Positions 1-14,053 of a DNA stretch of 64,000 nucleotides are shown here, in pieces (position 1 is the first letter of the stretch; each line of letters starts with the position of its first letter). This stretch comes from Octopus vulgaris (taxonomy: Eukaryota). The notes under the pieces are model-generated. The model did not search any database, had not been told where the DNA came from, and was given only the letters and a program-made list of their open reading frames with translations. A program made the position numbers and the translations under genes. The stretch spans positions 15,252,001 to 15,316,000 of the forward strand of contig OX597818.1 in assembly GCA_951406725.2 (NCBI GenBank). Reading direction: 5' to 3'.

Positions 1-1430
1 GAGAGATAGGCCTATAATTTTTAGCATCTGCTCTGCTACCTCCCTTATGGATAGGGCATATTACCCCCTCTTTCAGTTTGACTGGGAGCTTACCACTTGC
101 AAGAAAGCTCTGAAAAAGAAGCTGTAGCGGTTTTGCAAGGGCTCGTTTGCACGATTTGAGAAGGATCGCTGGGAATCCATCAGGTCCAGCAGCTGAGTTT
201 GTGTCAATCTCATCAATGGCTAGTGTGATATCATCTTCTTCGATGTTGATGTACTCAATTTTTGTCTCTTTGGCCGCTGGTAAAGTGGCAAAGAATTCTT
301 CTGGGTTGTTTACTTGCCTGTGTCCTAGAGGTGTAGTGAATACACTTTGGAACTGTTCGTTCAGTATTTCACTTATCCTCGTGGGATTTCCTGTGAGAGA
401 GCCATCTTTTTGGAAGAGAGGTCCTATTCTCTGGTGCACTGTGGCTGTCTCTTTGGCAAACTTAAAGAAAGCTTTAGGGTTTGATTTTATATTTTCTATT
501 ACCCAAGCTTCTTTATCTTCTCTCCTTTTCATGGGACTGATGTAGACTTTTCTCAGTTTCCATTAGCATTCTTTCGAGCCGAGACTTCTCACCACTTTTG
601 GTGTGCTTGCTCAGGCGGTTTGCAATCCTTGTCCGTCGTCTCATAAGAATCCTCCTTTCTCTAGGGATCCTGTTTTTATTCTTGTGTGTGCTGGCCCTGC
701 ACATTGGGACATATTTGTCACATATGGCTTGTATTATGGACATGAAGTGTTTGTGTTTCATGTTTATGTCCGGTGTGGAGAGACATTCAGGCCAATCCTG
801 TTTGAGGATCTCTTTCTCAATCGACTTCCAGTTGGCTTTATGAAAGTTTAAGTTGGAGAGATATAGGCTGTGTGTCTGCGGGGGCTTTTGTTCCATACGT
901 AGACAGCTCTATTATGTTGTGATCCGAGATCATTGTCGGCATCACATTAACATTATGGATAATATCCATATTGTTTGTAAAGCAGAGATCCAGTATATTA
1001 TCTGCCCTTGTTGGTTGCAGAACTATTTGCTCCATGAAAGAGGTATTTGTGAGATGGAGCAGGGACTCCACCTGTGCCTGCTGATGGTGTGTCATCCCTG
1101 GGAGCATCTGCCCCCAGGCCATTCCACATTGGGGAGGTTAAAGTCACCCATGAAGAATACACTGTTGTGCTGTTCAAGGTTGGTGAGGACTTCTCCTATT
1201 TTTGTTAGGCAGTCTTCAAACATGCCTGAGTGTTTTGGGGCGTCTGGTGGGCGATATGTAGTGCATATGACGATATTCAGTTGTCTTATGTGTACAATTT
1301 GAGTTTCACATACTGAGTTTGAATATGACAGCAGGACCTGGGGCGTGAGGTCATCTCGGATGTACATTGCAACTCCACCATGGCTCCTCCCTTTTCTATC
1401 TGTGCGTATGATATATTGCGGCATGTGTAT
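1..1430 (-). mobile_element. Degenerate non-LTR retrotransposon ORF2 fragment (APE endonuclease, linker, start of RT); CR1/L2/Proto2-like; runs off the window edge
   Basis: Broken minus-strand ORFs give DRKGRSHGGVAMYI, YRPPD, MGDFNLPNVEW, PTRADNILDLCFTN, ISDHNII, NFHKANW and, toward base 1, SAAGPDGFPA and NYRPISL; frameshifts between the pieces. Confidence 0.85.
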
Positions 1431-1550
1431 TTCTTATACCTATATCGGGTTCAAGATGCAATTGTTTGTTTGTATTCCACCTGCCTTTGTCTTTTATTTA
1501 TTTCCGTAAACCTGCCTTCGTCTTTTGTCTATTTTCATAAAGCTTCCCGT

Positions 1551-1585
<35 letters not shown>

Positions 1586-1594
1586 ATATATATC

Positions 1595-2080
1595 AGGTCA
1601 TTAAGAATGAAATGTTCAATTTTGAACTAAAAATTTATTTTATTTTATCTCAACAAAAAGCAATGCAGTTAATCAAAGCATGCACCTAAATTATCAACAC
1701 AATTTTGCCATTCTATCGGTAGCTTATTTATGCTGGCAGTGAAGAATTCTGGAGAGCAAAAGGTGTTGAAATCATGAAAGGCTGTTTTTGCATCTTCTTC
1801 AGATTTTTAGTTTTTACCTTGCAAAATGTTGTCTAATACCTGGAAAACATGATAGCCAGTTGGTGCAAGGTCTGATGAATATGGTGAATGACAGACTATT
1901 TCCAAATTCAGGTCTTGTAACTTGAGTGTGTTTTTTGTGCAACATGTGGTTGAGCATTGTCTCTGTTGACCAATCTCAGTTGTTTAATTGCAAGTTCACT
2001 CATTATTTCATCCAGTTGGTTGATGTACACATCTGCTGTAATTGACTTACCAGGTCTCATGAAGCTCTAGTGGATGACAC
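1595..2080 (-). mobile_element. Tc1/mariner transposase 3' fragment, decayed
   Basis: Minus strand at ~1861-1884 reads PYSSDLAP (mariner YSPDLAP motif); TA-flanked terminus near 1593. Confidence 0.55.
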
Positions 2081-2994
2081 CATCACTCAATCTCACCAGA
2101 CCTACATTGACAGTGCCAACTTTGAGAAATTGGAAAGGGATGTGGGAGGAATCATGAGAAGTGGGGATGGCATTCAGCATCTGAAAGGAGGGTTTCAATA
2201 AACATTTGATAACAGATATGTTATATCAGTTATCTCACTTTAATCCACCATCATTCAACCATATTAAAATGGCTGCCCCTATTGGAAGTGAGTGTAATTC
2301 AAGCATTGTTGATATAAGTGCTATTGATACGAACAAATGGGTCAATGTTTAAGATAAATAAATAATTAACTAGTTAATTCATTATAAATAGAGAGAAAAG
2401 AATAAGTGGTTTGTTAATTGATTAAATAAGTAATGCAGTCTCTTTTTGGTGCATGCAGTAATGTGGATGAGACCACTGGTAATGGGGAACTAAGAGAGTC
2501 TTCTGGTACAGAGGAGAGACTTTCAATACCAGTGGGGGTGGGGGTGGCGTTGTGAGGGCCTTGCAGTACAGAGAGATTTCTGGTGTAAGAGAAGAGATTT
2601 CCAGTATAAAAGATATAGGTGTTGGGGGAGGGATTGGATGGGTGCATCGTGAATAAAGAAAGACAGTAAAACTGCACCTTTCTAAAATAGGGGTATATAT
2701 GGGGTACATAGAAATCAGGGAGGAAAGATTGTAAAAATTAAAGCGAGCAGGGAGCATCAGGCATTATGATTACAAATGTTAGCTTGAATTAAATTACAGA
2801 CAGGTTAATATTTTATGAGGTAGAAACACAAAATAGATGAATGATGTATAATTAAGGCAAAGAGGAGGTTCACGAAGCTGGACATGATGTTATATGTGGA
2901 TAATAAACAAGCTGTGTAAAAATTAACGTCTCCACATGGACAAAAGAGTCTATATAATTCAGCAACAGGATGAGGGTGACTTGACCACAACACC

Positions 2995-4040
2995 AACTGC
3001 AGGAAGCCAGTCAGCTATCTGATAACCTATCAATCAGGTGACTGTGCTAGCCAGATCAATTATATTCTCACCAAACAGTGAGATGCATGGTTGATCTTAA
3101 ATACAAAGACCCTCACTGGTGAAGAATGTACCCCACCAGCATAGACTAGTCATTAGTGACTTTAGACTTCAGGCCAGAAGGATGCTGAGAAGCAGACCAA
3201 TCTGGAAAATAAGGATTTGGAAGCTTAAGGACCCTTCATATGGTCAGAGATTTAGGGACATTCTAATTGAGAAATTTGATGAGAGGAAGGAGGAGCTACA
3301 GACTTGTGAGATAGAGGGCAACTGGGAATTCTTGCTGGACAGCTTGCTGAGTACCACAGACGAAATCTGTGGCTGGTGCAAAGTCCCATCCAGACCTAGG
3401 GTAAGGTGGTGGTGGAACAATGCTGTAGACAGTGCCATTAATGCAAAGAAACAGGCCTGGAAGAGTGGGGGTTGCAGGAACTGTATCAGATAGCCAGAAG
3501 GAAAGCTAGGAGACAGGTATATGTAGCTAAGAGGGAAGCTAAAAAGAAGTTTGCCTATATTCAGAAATTTGAAGACCAAAGAATTGAAGACTGCAAGACA
3601 GTGTGCCAGAGAAAATTATGATGTCAAAAGAGAAAAATGTGTCTGCATGGATGATGGTGCACTTGCATTAATGATTTTGCAAAGAAAGAGGCTTGGAAAA
3701 GCCATTATGAAAGACTGCTGAACATGGAGAATGAATGGGAGGAGGAGAGTCTGCCAAATGTTTAGCTACCTGAATCGACAGTACTTCGGTAGATAAACTA
3801 ATTAAGGAAATGAAGATAGGAAAAGCCCCAGCCCATCAGGAATCACTGCTGAGATGCTTAAAATATCTGGCAGTGTGGGTTATGGTCTAGTCACCAGTAT
3901 TGGTGGTTCGCAAAGGAGTCATACCCAATGACTGGTGTAGTAGCACGATAGTCAACTGCTACAAAGGTAAAGGTGATGCCTTAGATAGAAATAATTACAG
4001 AGGTATCAAATTGTTGGATCAGGTGATGAAATTTAGGAAG
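2995..4040 (+). mobile_element. RTE-type LINE internal fragment, pseudogenised
   Basis: QINYILTK, QHRLVISDF, WWWNNAVD, GITAEMLK, IPNDWCSSTIVNCYKGKGDALDRNNYRGIKLLDQVMKF across frameshifts. Confidence 0.8.
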
Positions 4041-4245
4041 AGATAGTCTATGTGATAGGTGTGAACTGATGTATCTAACCACTCTATACAGCTCTGTAAG
4101 TAGCCCAGCTTGATGTCCTTGGCATTGTGTAGGCCTCTCAAATTCTTGTACTTATAGGAATGAAACACCTACTGTAAATCATTTATCATGATAAATAGAC
4201 ATATATTTTGCCACTCTGTGAAAGTAAGGCCTGTGATTAAATCAC

Positions 4246-6490
4246 TGTGATGTGAAGGAGGAAAAAGATGGAAGCTAAGATAGAATTGCGGTAGTCTTAC
4301 TTGTCGATCAGGAAAGGGTTGCTCACAATGTCCACATGCTCTGGCTGCTGCCATACCGTCTAACACGTCTGCTTTCATGTGCTGTCCACCACCAACAGAC
4401 TACTCATGCCCTGCTGACCCCACATGCCCACCATGGCGCGTTAAGTCCACTGCCACTTCTGACAGGACATGTGTACTCACTCACTTCTGGTCCTTCCCTA
4501 CAACACAACCTGGTTCATAACACCACATGCCTCCCACCCTCCAATCTGAAGATCATTCAGCCAACCTGCCCACACTCTCTCACCTCAACTCAGACAAAAT
4601 GCCTTAACTCATCTCATAATCAGCCAACCAGTGAGGAGAGCACCACCCCCTCTGTGACTGCCGTGGGACTTCAGGACTGGCCTTAGTTCCTGGCATGTTG
4701 CTGCCAGCTTTGTCCTCTTGTCCATTACTGTTGGCTCCATCCTCCATTGCAGTGATGATCCTGCACACATCCAAAACATGACATGGCATGCCATCTATGG
4801 ACACATTGTTCCTTGAATTTACAGATGTTTTTGTCCCTTTTCCCCATTGTGATGTGCACCGCGCATTCAGGGATTTAAACTAAACTTCTTCCCTGACCTG
4901 CACAAAGGTATGCTCTTTCTCTTCTGTGGGTTGCAACAATGCAGCACATGGATGTCTCCACTTGTACTTGAATATTGCCCTGTGTGGCACTGACTGCTCA
5001 GCCTGTCCCATCCTGGGCAACATATTATACCAAAAAATGGCCTCGACCAGTGAGATATGGCCCCTCTCTGCTATGGTCTTGATGGTGTGATGATGCCTCT
5101 CCACAACCCCATTGCCACTTGACCTGTATACCACCCTGAAGAAATGGCTAACATGCCACTTGTCAAGCATTTCTCCCAGCACCTCTGAGCAAAATGCAGT
5201 GCCATTGTCCACAAGCAGCTCATCCACAGGGCCTCATTCTAGGAATATCTCATTTAATATTCTTGTGATTTTCTCTGCATTCCCTGTCTTCATCTCCTTC
5301 CGTATGGCCAACCATCCCGGTCTGCAGTCGACCATTGAGAGGTATGTCCCCTGCTGGTAGTGTGTTACATCCACTGCCAGTCGTTTCCAGTTGTGTTCCA
5401 CTGGAATGCTTCCTACCTCACCTGGAGCAGGGTCAATGGACTGGCACCTGTTGCAGCTCCCAACTACTCTTTGAACACTCTGCCTGGTCACGTCAGAATC
5501 AACTTTCCTGGCTAAGAACAGGTTCCTGTCCACCCCCATGTGATGCATGGTATGCAATCTCCTCAGCTCCGAGTCACTCAGTCAACACACTGCAACCACT
5601 CCTTGATCCAGGTCCTCTGGCACCTGCAACCAGGCTTTCTTTACTCTGGTCAGGACTTCCACTCTATTCCTCTCAGAGGGCACAAAAACCACACTCAGCC
5701 TCAGGTCAAACTCAGCAGCTAGCTTGCCCAGAATTCCCAAATGGTGTTTTATCAACATCTCTGCACCCCCTTTGGTTCACACCCTCTGCTCGCCAGTGAC
5801 CATTGATCCCACCCATCTAAGTACAATGGCCAAATTAGTCCGGATCTTGATGGTACACAGCCTCCATCTCAGGGCCAGATTCAGCCCCTTCAACATGGCA
5901 TCCAGCTCTGCCACATTGATGCAGTTTCAGTCACCCTTCTTTCTGAGCCAGTCCACATCCTCCACCACAACACCTCCAATTTCCAGGACAACTCCCATTG
6001 CTATGCTACTAGCATCACACCACATGATCCCATTCTTCAATTTGAGCACATACCAGTTTCTTCTTACTGGGTCCTCAGTCAGTCAGTCCAAAACTTCTTG
6101 CATCCTGGCGGTTGTCTTCTCACCCATGTTATCACTCCAACTCACTCCTTCAGCTCGCCTCTTCATGAAGTTGAATGCCATCCGGAGTCATCCTACAATC
6201 AGGTTGTATCCCAGCAGCTTCCCACACACAGAAAACAGTTCTTGCCTACACATCTTGGAGCCCAGTTCTTGGATCTCATTCCCTCTCCGAAACGCCAACA
6301 TGCCAGCCTTGTCTCTCTGTAGCTTGAGTCCCAGTACAGCTCCTCCTTCCATCACCTCTGGTGGTTTGGCAGTTAGCCCAAAACTCTTCCTGTGGCTTAT
6401 GACCTCCTTTACTGACACTATGCTCTCGTCCACCAGGATGTTCACCTTTCCCAGGATGGTTTTGAGAATTGTGACCATAATCGCTCAGTG
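4246..6490 (-). mobile_element. Decayed, 5'-truncated relative of the intact LTR element at 36435-40691 (3' LTR 4246-4527, IN, RNase H, part of RT)
   Basis: ORF pieces align by eye with pol 36745-39705 (HTMHHMGVDR, DNGTAF, ERHHHTIK, PHWLADY, PPEVMEGGAVLGLKL); LTR bounded by TGTGAT...CCACA and followed by the PPT complement tgcctccca, as in the intact copy. Confidence 0.9.
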
Positions 6491-6550
6491 ATATTTTATA
6501 AACACTCAACATGATTGTTTACAGCTGTCTTTCAAATTGCTGAAAGAAAG

Positions 6551-6767
6551 TACTCTTACTCTTTACTCTTTTACTTGTTTCAGTCATTTGACTGTAGCCA
6601 TGCTGGAGCACCACCTTTAGTCGAGCAAATCGACCCCAGGACTTATTCTTTGTAAGCCTAGTACTTATTCTATCGGTCTCTTTTGCTGAACTGGTAAGTT
6701 ACAGGGATGTAAACACACCAGCATTGGTTGTCAAGCAATGTTGGGGGGAACAAACACAAACACATAA

Positions 6768-6814
<47 letters not shown>

Positions 6815-6985
6815 CGTATATACAATGGGCTTCTTTCAGTTTCTGTCTACCAAATCCACTCACAAGGCTTTGGTCAGCCTGAGGCTATAATAGGCGACAC
6901 TTGCCCAAGGTGTCATGCAGTAGGAATGAACCTGGAACCATGTGGTTGGTAAGCAAGCTACTTACCACACAGCCACTCCTGCACC
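6551..6985 (-). mobile_element. tRNA-derived SINE, abundant octopus-type family (other copies or fragments ~7665-8080, 12320-12560, 14730-14845, 18280-18430, 32655-32850, 34140-34290, 36050-36240, 42045-42180, 50457-51055, 59175-59325, 62838-63249, 63587-63977)
   Basis: Head GG(T/C)GCAGGAGTGGCTGTGTGGTAAG with B-box-like GGTTCA(G/T)TCC, internal (TA/CA)n, GAGTAAAA-repeat tail; many near-identical copies in the window. Confidence 0.85.
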
Positions 6986-8644
6986 TGGTAGTGTATAACA
7001 TTTTACGAAACATTTAACAAATTTGAGCATTTGTGTGTGGGGTGGGTGAATATGAGAGAAAGGTGGGAGGATTGTGTAGGATATTTAATCGAGATTATGC
7101 GGAGATGGAGAAATAAGTTCATCAACTAAAGAGGGTAAACAAAAGTGCTAAAGAGCAAAGGAGAGGAAGGTATAGACAGAGAGAGAGAGAGAGAAGGAAA
7201 GAAGAAAGAGAAAAAAGGTAATGGGAAAGATACTTAAGACTATTTAGAGATGAAGGAAGTAAATTAATCAATGGAAACTGTGCAAGACAGTGTGAGCCAA
7301 AGGCTCTGAGAAAGGAGAGGTAGGTGGTATCAGAGAAGGTAAATCTAAATCAAAACAAAAGGTTACAATCTCAGCAGAATTACGGCAAGGCAAAATGAAA
7401 GTATATAAAGGTTCAAATATTTTCTTCATTAAACATAATGGATTTGGTATTCTAGTAATTTTTATAAAAGAAGACCAATAGTTGAAATTACTGTTCGCAC
7501 AGAGAACAACAACACATTGTGTATCTTTACTGCCAAAGCATATTTCTTCAACATATTCATACAACACATCATCTACCATATTTTCAGACATACAAGTTGA
7601 CATAATACATAATTCAAGCAGGTAGTGTAAGCATCATAGTGTAAACATTCAAACATTGTCACTATACTCTTACTCTTTACTCTTTTACTTGTTTCAGTCA
7701 TTTGACTGTGGCCATGCTGGAGCACCACCTTTAGTCAAGCGAATCGACCCCGGGACTTATTCTTTGTAAGCCCAGTACTTAGTCTATCGGTCTCTTTTGC
7801 CGAACCGCTAAGTGACGGGGACGTAAACACACCAGCATTGGTTGTCAAGCAATTCTAGGGAGACAAACACAGACACACAAACACACACATACATATATAT
7901 ATATATATACATATATAAGACAGGCTTCTTTCAGTTTCCGTCTACCAAATCCACTCACAAGGCATTGGTCGGCCCGGGGCTATAGCAGAAGACACTTGCC
8001 CAAGATGCCATGCAGTGGGACTGAACCCAGAACCATGTGGTTGGTTAGCAAGCTACTTACCACATAGCCACTCCTGCACCTATCTTCCCAAATTTTATTG
8101 CATTTCACATAGAATATTTGATCCAAAGTTATCTTGGAATATACTTTACCTCTTTTGGCTGTAAATTTAGTCAGAGAAATTTGGAAAATATGATAACCTA
8201 TTTTATTCAATTTAGTAACACCATTAAATGGTTTGGCAGAAACCTCTAGATTCAATAGAATCTTCTGGAACTCTCAGACCATTCTTTTACTTTAAATGAT
8301 GTTGTTTTGATTCATTTGATATTTTTTCCTTTCTGATTCCCCGTCTCTCCTATTTTTGGTTTAAAATTTCAAATTGACATAATTTTGGTTTAAAATTTCA
8401 AAAATGACATAATTTCATAAACCGAAACAGGGTGGAGAAGACTAAAAAGAAAATTCCTATACTGAAATTTTGAAATTTAACACATATTGAAATTCTATGA
8501 AGAAAATTCGAAATTTAAATATACAGTAACATCTTTTCACTTCTGTGGAATTTTGATTTAATCGCAGATATTTGCTACACCCTATTCTCAGTTTATGAAA
8601 ACATTAGCATGAAAATGTATAACACTGCTAATATTTCTTGACAG

Positions 8645-8805
8645 CATGCAAGTCGTGGTTCCATGGTTCTAACAAAAAGCAGCAATCTGGGTGTCTTTGA
8701 GACAAAAGAGGAATTATTTAACCAGATGATTGATAATGAGAATTTTGAAAGATCAACAGCTATAACCAAAATGGAAATCATGCAAGCAGAAGAACTAGAA
8801 ATTAG
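8645..8805 (+). CDS. CFAP44: CFAP44 internal exon A (HASRGSMVLTK...MEIMQAEELEIR); upstream exons not found in the window
   Basis: ttgacag acceptor, AG/gtgaat donor, 161 nt open, ends in phase 2 and joins the next exon in frame. Confidence 0.8.
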
Positions 8806-10420
8806 GTGAATATCTGTGACTAAGGTACTAGACTACTAAAACCAAAGGCAGGAGTTTATTACTTTTGCTTCAATCAGTGGCACTACACAGAAGATCTGCT
8901 TTCTACTATGTTTGAGGCACTGAAATTGTTAAGCTCAAGAAAGCATTATGGTAGCCATTTACATATGGAGCTGATAGCTTCAAGTGCCTGAATTACAAGT
9001 ATGAAAGCCACCTAAACATATAGAATTTATGGAATTTGTGCAGCATCTCATGCTGGTAGCATGATATCTCTTTAATCCAATATTCTACAAGAACCATTAC
9101 TTGATTTGTAGGCAAGTAAATACTATTCTACAAATACAGAAGCCAATGGTTTGGTGTATAATTATCTATAGTGACAGTACACCTCTACTAGCTTGTTGTG
9201 GTTGGCAGAACTTATATTGCCAGAACCTCAGCTTGTTGAAGACCAGTGCTAAATGTTCTGCACTGTTACTGATGTCGCAATCATGTCGTTGCAAAAGTCT
9301 TAGTCTATGGCCCCAGTCCATAAATTTTGGCTATCATCGGGTGCTGCCAACTGGAGGAAAAATGAACCCAAGATTTGTAACAGGCAGTGACATTCCCTTA
9401 AATAGCTAAAACATTACCCTCTCCTACTCAGAATTGAGTAAGATATCCCTGTGGAATTAGATGTCAAAGAATAAGTTTCACATAGCCCACTAGCAATCAC
9501 ATGCAGGTTATAATCAGAATCAAAGCTCTGATTCGATAACAAGACAAACTGAAATGGTTGGGAGTTCTGGTCTAAGGAAATGCATGCTAATGAAAGTTTT
9601 TTGCTAATTACACTGCTTTACAAGTGTTGGATGTACCTCATAATGCTTATTTTCCAGAGGTTGACATCATCAGTGGGGATTTGATGTCTTTGACATAGAC
9701 TGAGTACAAAATCCTTGATTATATACAAACAGTTGTTCCTTCATCTTTATAGTTTCTGACATTCTGTTAACACAGCCATCAGATTCCTCATATGATCACA
9801 AATGTGAAAACATGTGAAATGCTGTTACAGCACACTATACATATTAGATTTGGTACCCAATACAAAAACTAGAAGTCATTATGTGGCTACTTGATCTGTC
9901 AGAAATAGCTGTGAAATCTCCCTCAAATCATTCAATTATTCCCCATATGCAGTCTTAAAAATAGATACATACATTAGACAATTCTTGACAGATTTTGTCT
10001 GAAAGAAAATATAGTTATCATGAATGGAACAAATTTGAGCATAGATTTGCCTGATTAGTTTGACCCAGGGCTAAACAATCACAGTGTATTCATTATTCAC
10101 ATTCTACATCACCAGACTATTCAAACAATTTCAGTTATGATATTTTGACCAAAAATTGTTATTTTTACAAACAACTTCCTTCCAACTTTACATGATAGCC
10201 CTCTCATGTGAATGGTTTTAAATTAAAGGTAATAAAGTGACACAAGCATTGGTGCATTGGATAAAATGCTTTGTGGCTTCTGTTCTGGCTCCTTGAATTG
10301 TGAGTTGAAATCTTACCAAGGTCAGTTTTTTTTATTTAATCCTTCAGGGATCAATAAATAAAGTACCTGTCTATGGCAGTGGAATGGTAGATTTATTAGG
10401 ACATAAGATGGAATAACTTG

Positions 10421-10641
10421 TATGAAGGGGTACTAAAAAGTTCCTGGCTTTGGGTAAAAGGAATTACAAGAGGATCAGTTAATTATGATTTTATTCAGTA
10501 TGTTCCCCTCTTGGATTCACAAACTTATTGCAACAGTCCATTAGTTTTTCTAAGCCTTTTAAAAGAACTCAGAAAGTTGGGCCTCCAACCAGGCTTTTCA
10601 TGATACCCTTAAAGCCAGGAACTTTTCAGAACCTCCCTGTA
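10421..10641. mobile_element. Mariner-derived MITE, ~220 bp (second copy inverted at ~50612-50830)
   Basis: Imperfect TIRs GGGGTACTAAAAAGTTCCTGGCTTT / AAAGCCAGGAACTTTTCAGAACCTCC with TA at both ends. Confidence 0.7.
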
Positions 10642-11699
10642 GTGTTTGTTCCAGCTCTGTTCTGATTTATTTGGATGGTAAAGTTAATCCATCACCTGTT
10701 GTCATATCATTAACACTTGGCCATTGGATGCCTTTAGTGGAGCCCAGTCTGTTTCAAATATTTGGGATAGATCTCACGATTGTGGATACTTTCTTTCTTC
10801 GTTCTTTCCCTCCTTTCCTCTCTCTCTCTCTCTCTTCCTTCCTTCCTTCCTTCCCTCCTACTAAGCTTGAAGACCCTGTAAAATGTTGTAAGCACTGCCC
10901 TCCCATCTGACTAAACAATAAAAAACAAAAGGATGCATTTAAATGATAGTAATCATGCATCTATTTTTTTTTTAGAACACAGAGTATAATAAATTCCCCT
11001 GGGACTTTCCATAAAACCAACCAAGTACAGTTTGAGTAATTACTTAAGATGTGAACACTCACTTATTCCATGTACTTCATTACTCCAGCTGCTTTATGGT
11101 TCTCCATCAACTTTCCTACTATATTACACTTGGCAAAAATAATATAACTTTTGGAGATTAAAAAAATTTTTTTTAGTATAATTTGAAATCTTTATTATTG
11201 CAAATCATTTGGCCATCAAATAGAAACAGCTGATTTGCTATAAATGAAATTGTGGCAAGCAGTATCATATAACTTGCTAATGGCCAAAACAATGATTGTT
11301 CAAAGGTTTTGAACTCGACCAATGTGGTTAGTAGTCTGGTACTTAATGATTTTCAAAAATGTATCAATGTTTTTTTTTCTTTTAAATGGTTTCTTAACCA
11401 TTTGCTTGTCCAAAGTCTTTTCATAAGCTTGTCTTAAATGTCCAGGTTTGTTTCCAGACTTTTTGTTAACCCTTGTTTCATATGTCCTGAGTAATATAAA
11501 GCTTTCCTCTCATAAGTTCCCAAGATATTCTGGTGGTTGAAAACAATTGGGAGTGTGTGTCATATATGATGCACGGACACCAGGGAAATGTGTCCTGAGT
11601 ATCACATGTACAACACAGGACAGAAAAAGGGTTTATTCTCTGGTGAGTTACCTAAATGAAATAAATATGCTGACATGTGAATGGCACCTATGAATCATA

Positions 11700-12100
11700 A
11701 TTGTGGTCATTGCTGGTAGCATGATCTTCGAATGTTGGGCCTTCTAGTGGTGATGACAAGTAACTGAGACTTTACGCAATATGCTCTGCTTGAGAAGACA
11801 CACTAAGCCAAGTGAGATCATAGTCGTGGCTGTTGCCCGTGTCAAGTAAATGGCACCCATAAAACCATAGCTGTGACTGCTGCCAATGTCATGTATAAGG
11901 CACCCATACCAGTGGCACATAAAAAGCACCCAGTGCACACTCCAAAGGAGTTGGCATCAGGAAGGGCGTCCAACCATAGAAATCAGACTGGCACCTGGTG
12001 CAGCCCTCTGACTTATCAGTTCCAGTCAAATCATCTAACCCATGCCAGCATGGAAAGCAGGTGTTAAATGATGATAATGATGACAACGATGACGACAACG
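11700..12100 (+). mobile_element. SINE with (GAT)n tail, RTE-tail type (copies ~21410-21590 minus, 24185-24480, 48150-48420, 52310-52520)
   Basis: Shared GGAAGGGCATCCAGCCGTAGAAAC...CCCATGCCAGCATGGAAA...GTTAAACGATGATGATG. Confidence 0.75.
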
Positions 12101-12154
12101 AATTAATGTAACACTGCCTAAAGATTTATTAATATCTTTGTTTCACACATCTAG

Positions 12155-12283
12155 GAATCAATATAAAAGAGATGATCTACTGAGGAAAATAGAACAGATG
12201 AAAGCAGATTTTGATGCAAGGCTTTGTTTACTGCGACATGAAAAATTTCTCTTAGATGTTTTAATTAAAAAAGGAAATCTAAG
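12155..12283 (+). CDS. CFAP44: CFAP44 exon B (NQYKRDDLLRKIEQMKADFDARLCLLRHEKFLLDVLIKKGNLR)
   Basis: catctag acceptor, AG/gttagt donor, 129 nt, phase 2-2; matches the FDAELRLLRH motif of vertebrate CFAP44 as I recall it. Confidence 0.92.
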
Positions 12284-12813
12284 GTTAGTTTGTATGTCTT
12301 GACTACGTCTTTTATGTTTTACTTGTTTCAGTAATTGGACAGTGGCCATACTGGAGCATTGCTTTGAAGGGTTCTAGTCAAACACATCAACTCAAGTGCT
12401 TATTTTTTTAAAGCCTTGTACCTATTTTCTTTTGCTGAACTCTTTAAATACAGAAATGTAAGAAACCAACACCAATTGTCATGCAGTGGAGGGGAAACAC
12501 ACACACACACAATGGGCTTCTATACAGTTTCCATCTACCAAATTAACTCACAAGGTATTGGTTATCCCTTAGTAGCTGACAATATGTGCATCACTGATCA
12601 AGAGCAAGTGTACTGGGAGAAGATCATAGCCATGTGTTGTGAGTGGTTATTTGGGGGTTGAATAAATGTAACAAAAGGAAATTTTGAAGGAAATATTAGC
12701 CATTTTTCATACTTTCTAGAGGTAAGCAAATAGGAAATAACACTAGCTACTCGAGGACTAAAATCATGTACACTGTAATTTACAGTGAATTATTTATATA
12801 CCAGAGTAATCTA

Positions 12814-14053
12814 TTGGGTTGGCAACTAAGTTCCCGCCGTTCTTTTCTTTTTTAATTTAAATTTTTTAAAAGGTTTAATAAAAAATAACAACTAATTAAT
12901 CAATAATGTATTCATCCTTGTTGCTTACAACTTCTTCCCAGCGTTCAACAAGATTTTCAATACCTCATTGGTAGAAATCACCCGATTTTAACTCGAAAAA
13001 TTGAGCCATGCAAGCTCTCAATCCTGCATGAGTATTGAATGAAACTCTGCACATAGCATTTGAAAGAGATCAAAAGAGGTGTAAATCCATTGGTGCCAAA
13101 CCAGAAGAATATGGCAGGTGTGGCAGCACTTCCCAGCCATGTGTTTGAATGGTTTCCTTGGTCATATTGGCGATAGGAGGGCAGGCGATCATGTAGTAGA
13201 AGAACTACATTCTGCTGATTAGGTCTTTTCTCTGAGTCGTTTCATCTGTTGAATGTAGAGTTCTGCATTTACCATTTGGTTCCGTTCAAGCAATTCATAA
13301 TGGATAATCCCTTCCCAGTCCCACTATATGCACAACATCGTTTTACGCAGACGAAGTTCTTGTTTCATGTGCAGTGTCACTTGTTTACCATTCCTTACAC
13401 TGCTTCATATTGATGTATAGGCACCATTTTTCATCACCAATAACGATTCGGTAAAGAAATCGTTGCTTGTGTCCATGAGTTGAGTGGTGATGAGCAAAAA
13501 ACCAGCGGAGATGGTGGCTCGTTGATTTTTGTTGTTGTCTCTTAAAACATGTGGAACCCATGCTCCATACTTCTGAACTTTTCCCATTGAGTGAAGAGGC
13601 TTCTCTATAGCAGTGTGAGAGCATTCCATTTTCTCTGTCAGCTCCCTTGTCATTTGACAAGAATTTTTGTGCAAAACTGGCCTGCCAGAACAAGGTGCGT
13701 CTTTGAGATCAAAATTTACATTTTTGAACTTGGTAGACCAATCATGAGCAGTTCTTTCAGCTATGGCACCCTCTCCATACACAACACAAATGTCGTGAGC
13801 AGCTTTACAGCCTTAGAACCTTGATTAAAAGCAAAAAGGGGGAGGTGTCGAAAATGCTCATTTTTCTTAACTTGATATTCTATTTTAATGATCTGAAAAT
13901 AAACAAAAATTAACTAAAATTAAGTAGAAAAAACAAAATAGATTCCAAAATGATTCAGAAATAGAATTCTCATAAAAAATAGATTCCAAAATTTAAAAAC
14001 GCAATAAATTCTAAAATTTAAATAAAAAGGCGGGAACTTAGTTGCCATCCCAA
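12814..14053 (-). mobile_element. Full-length-size mariner DNA transposon (1240 bp) with disrupted transposase
   Basis: TIRs TTGGGTTGGCAACTAAGTTCCCGCC / GGCGGGAACTTAGTTGCCATCCCAA; TA TSD at 12812-13 and 14054-55; WVPHVL, IVIGDEKW and PYSSGLAP motifs. Confidence 0.95.

Noticed and set aside
1-8644. Further upstream CFAP44 exons
   Set aside because: No open, splice-bounded segment resembling CFAP44 recognised; the region is mostly TE-derived
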